Below are positions 62,721 through 64,000 of a DNA stretch of 64,000 nucleotides, piece by piece. The position numbers and the translations under genes are program-made. The notes below the pieces were generated by a model. It did not search any database and was not told the origin of the DNA. It saw only the letters and a list, made by a program, of their open reading frames with translations. How positions within the stretch are numbered: position 1 is the stretch's first letter; each line of letters opens with the position of its first letter. This stretch comes from Pavona decussata (taxonomy: Eukaryota): positions 434,001 to 498,000 of the forward strand of contig CDRNST010000052.1 in the NCBI GenBank assembly GCA_977016875.1, read 5' to 3'.

Positions 62721-64000
62721 GTTTTTGCGCGAACTCCTCGCGAGCTAGTCACGTAGTTTATCACCATGGCAACAATTTGGCGAGTGGATAGTTATTCGCG
62801 GTCCTATTCAGGCTTCGTGCAACGACATTTTATCCAGCGGATAACTATCCACTGGATAGCAAATTTATCCAGCGGATAGGCCTATCCGGTGGATAAGTTA
62901 TCCGCTCTTTGAACAACCGGGGCCTGGAGACATGCAACATGAAATGCGCGGGAAAACTTCCAACCAAACGTTGTGGCAGCCGGTGCCAAAACAGCTACAG
63001 TCAAGACGTCCATAGATTTCGAGTGCTTGATTTTGCAGAAATATCCGTAAAGCTTAGTGAAAGACAAAGCCGATACATCTGATATATACCGCCTTATCAT
63101 ATAAGCTTAAATATAGTTCGAGGGATAGTTCTTGGAAGGGAGAAAAAGCTGCAGACCTCACATTATGGTAAGCTCTGCTGGATAATATCATAACCATAGA
63201 TTCTAAGTTGCTTTCGGTTGGCACCATTTTGGCTCATTTTTGATCAGGCAAAGTGATTTTCTCGTTCTGAAAAATTAATTATCCACAGACATTAAGTTTA
63301 CAGGCTCGCCTTGGGCAGCAGAACAGGAATACTGCTTAGTAGCTCTCATTAAGGTTTGACAAATGGTCCATGTGGCGACTCAAGAACCAAACATCGGCCT
63401 CATTTTTACACGATTTCTGACGCCATTTGTTGGGAACAGCCTACGAGCGGAGTCTTGCCCCCGCGCTAAGAGAGAATTGTAAGCAGAATTTTTTTAACGG
63501 TGGATTCAGAGCTGAACTTTTTATATTTGTAATTTTTCTCTTTCTTTGAACCCATGCAATCAATACAAAAAATAAAGAATTATTGTTATATATGTACCTC
63601 AGTTATGTAATTCACCTGATCGAAAATTAGTCATTTAGCCCTTTATAGACTTTGCGACGTTCGCAAACTGACATTAGCTTCTTTCATGTCGCTTATCATG
63701 ATTTCATGAGTATGCGATTTGCATATCTTCAAATAAGGAAGGTTTAAAAATTTCGCCACCTGAATTTTCCCTTATATTTGACGGAAACAATTTTAGAACA
63801 AATACCCTTTACAAGATGTATTTACCGTCAAAAGCCGATAAATCCGACCGGAGTTACAGAAGTTCAAAGTCGACCAATTTTAGCATGTTTGACTCCAGCC
63901 AAGATGGCGTCACAAACCGTGAATAGAATAGCACAGTATATATTGGTCTTAAGCTTAACCCGGTGACCGACTATTAGGCAGACTCGCTATCTGATTGGCT

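Larger units (their letters stand above)
53948..62923. mobile_element. Full-length two-gene PIF/Harbinger DNA transposon, 8976 bp
   Basis: 26-bp perfect TIR GCCCCGGTTGTTCAAAGAGCGGATAA; CTG TSD (53945-53947, 62924-62926); convergent transposase and Myb-like genes; TATCCASYGGATA subterminal palindromes. Confidence 0.95.
53681..63008 (+). repeat. ~70-bp tandem repeat array (5 units) split by the Harbinger element: units at ~53681, 53750, 53821, 53891 (interrupted at 53947, resumes 62924) and 62941
   Basis: Unit GAAATGCGCGGGAAAACTTCCCACCAAAAGTTGGRGCAACCGGTGCCAAAACA...AGACA...CAT. Confidence 0.9.

Noticed and set aside
53681-63008. 70-bp repeats read as a CRISPR-like repeat-spacer array
   Set aside because: The variable ~20-nt parts are homologous to one another, there are no cas genes, and the context is eukaryotic; it is a minisatellite-type array.

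Overview
AT-rich, intron-containing animal genomic DNA. The repeat families resemble those of anthozoan cnidarians such as stony corals, which is an inference. The first ~45 kb is a compact cluster of spliced genes: RPS4 (+, first exon outside the window), an unidentified 3-exon ~536-aa gene (+), UTP11 (-) head-to-head with NUP43 (+), EEF1AKMT1/N6AMT2 (-) head-to-head with a MATCAP/KIAA0895-family metallopeptidase (+), and NDUFAF4 (+). All exon chains were reconstructed by hand with consistent splice phases. The last ~18 kb is transposon-dominated. It holds a 9-kb two-gene PIF/Harbinger element (intact DDE transposase, frameshifted Myb/SANT partner, CTG target duplication) that has split a ~70-bp tandem repeat array. 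Most notable features: a 4.86-kb TTAA-flanked foldback element with ~2-kb inverted arms inside NUP43 intron 6, a U12-type minor intron in the MATCAP-like gene, a GC-AG intron in NUP43, and a candidate C/D snoRNA plus a Penelope-type hammerhead ribozyme motif in RPS4 introns. Many MITEs and SINEs are also present. I found no clearly novel multi-gene system; the foldback element and the repeat-inserted Harbinger are the best leads.
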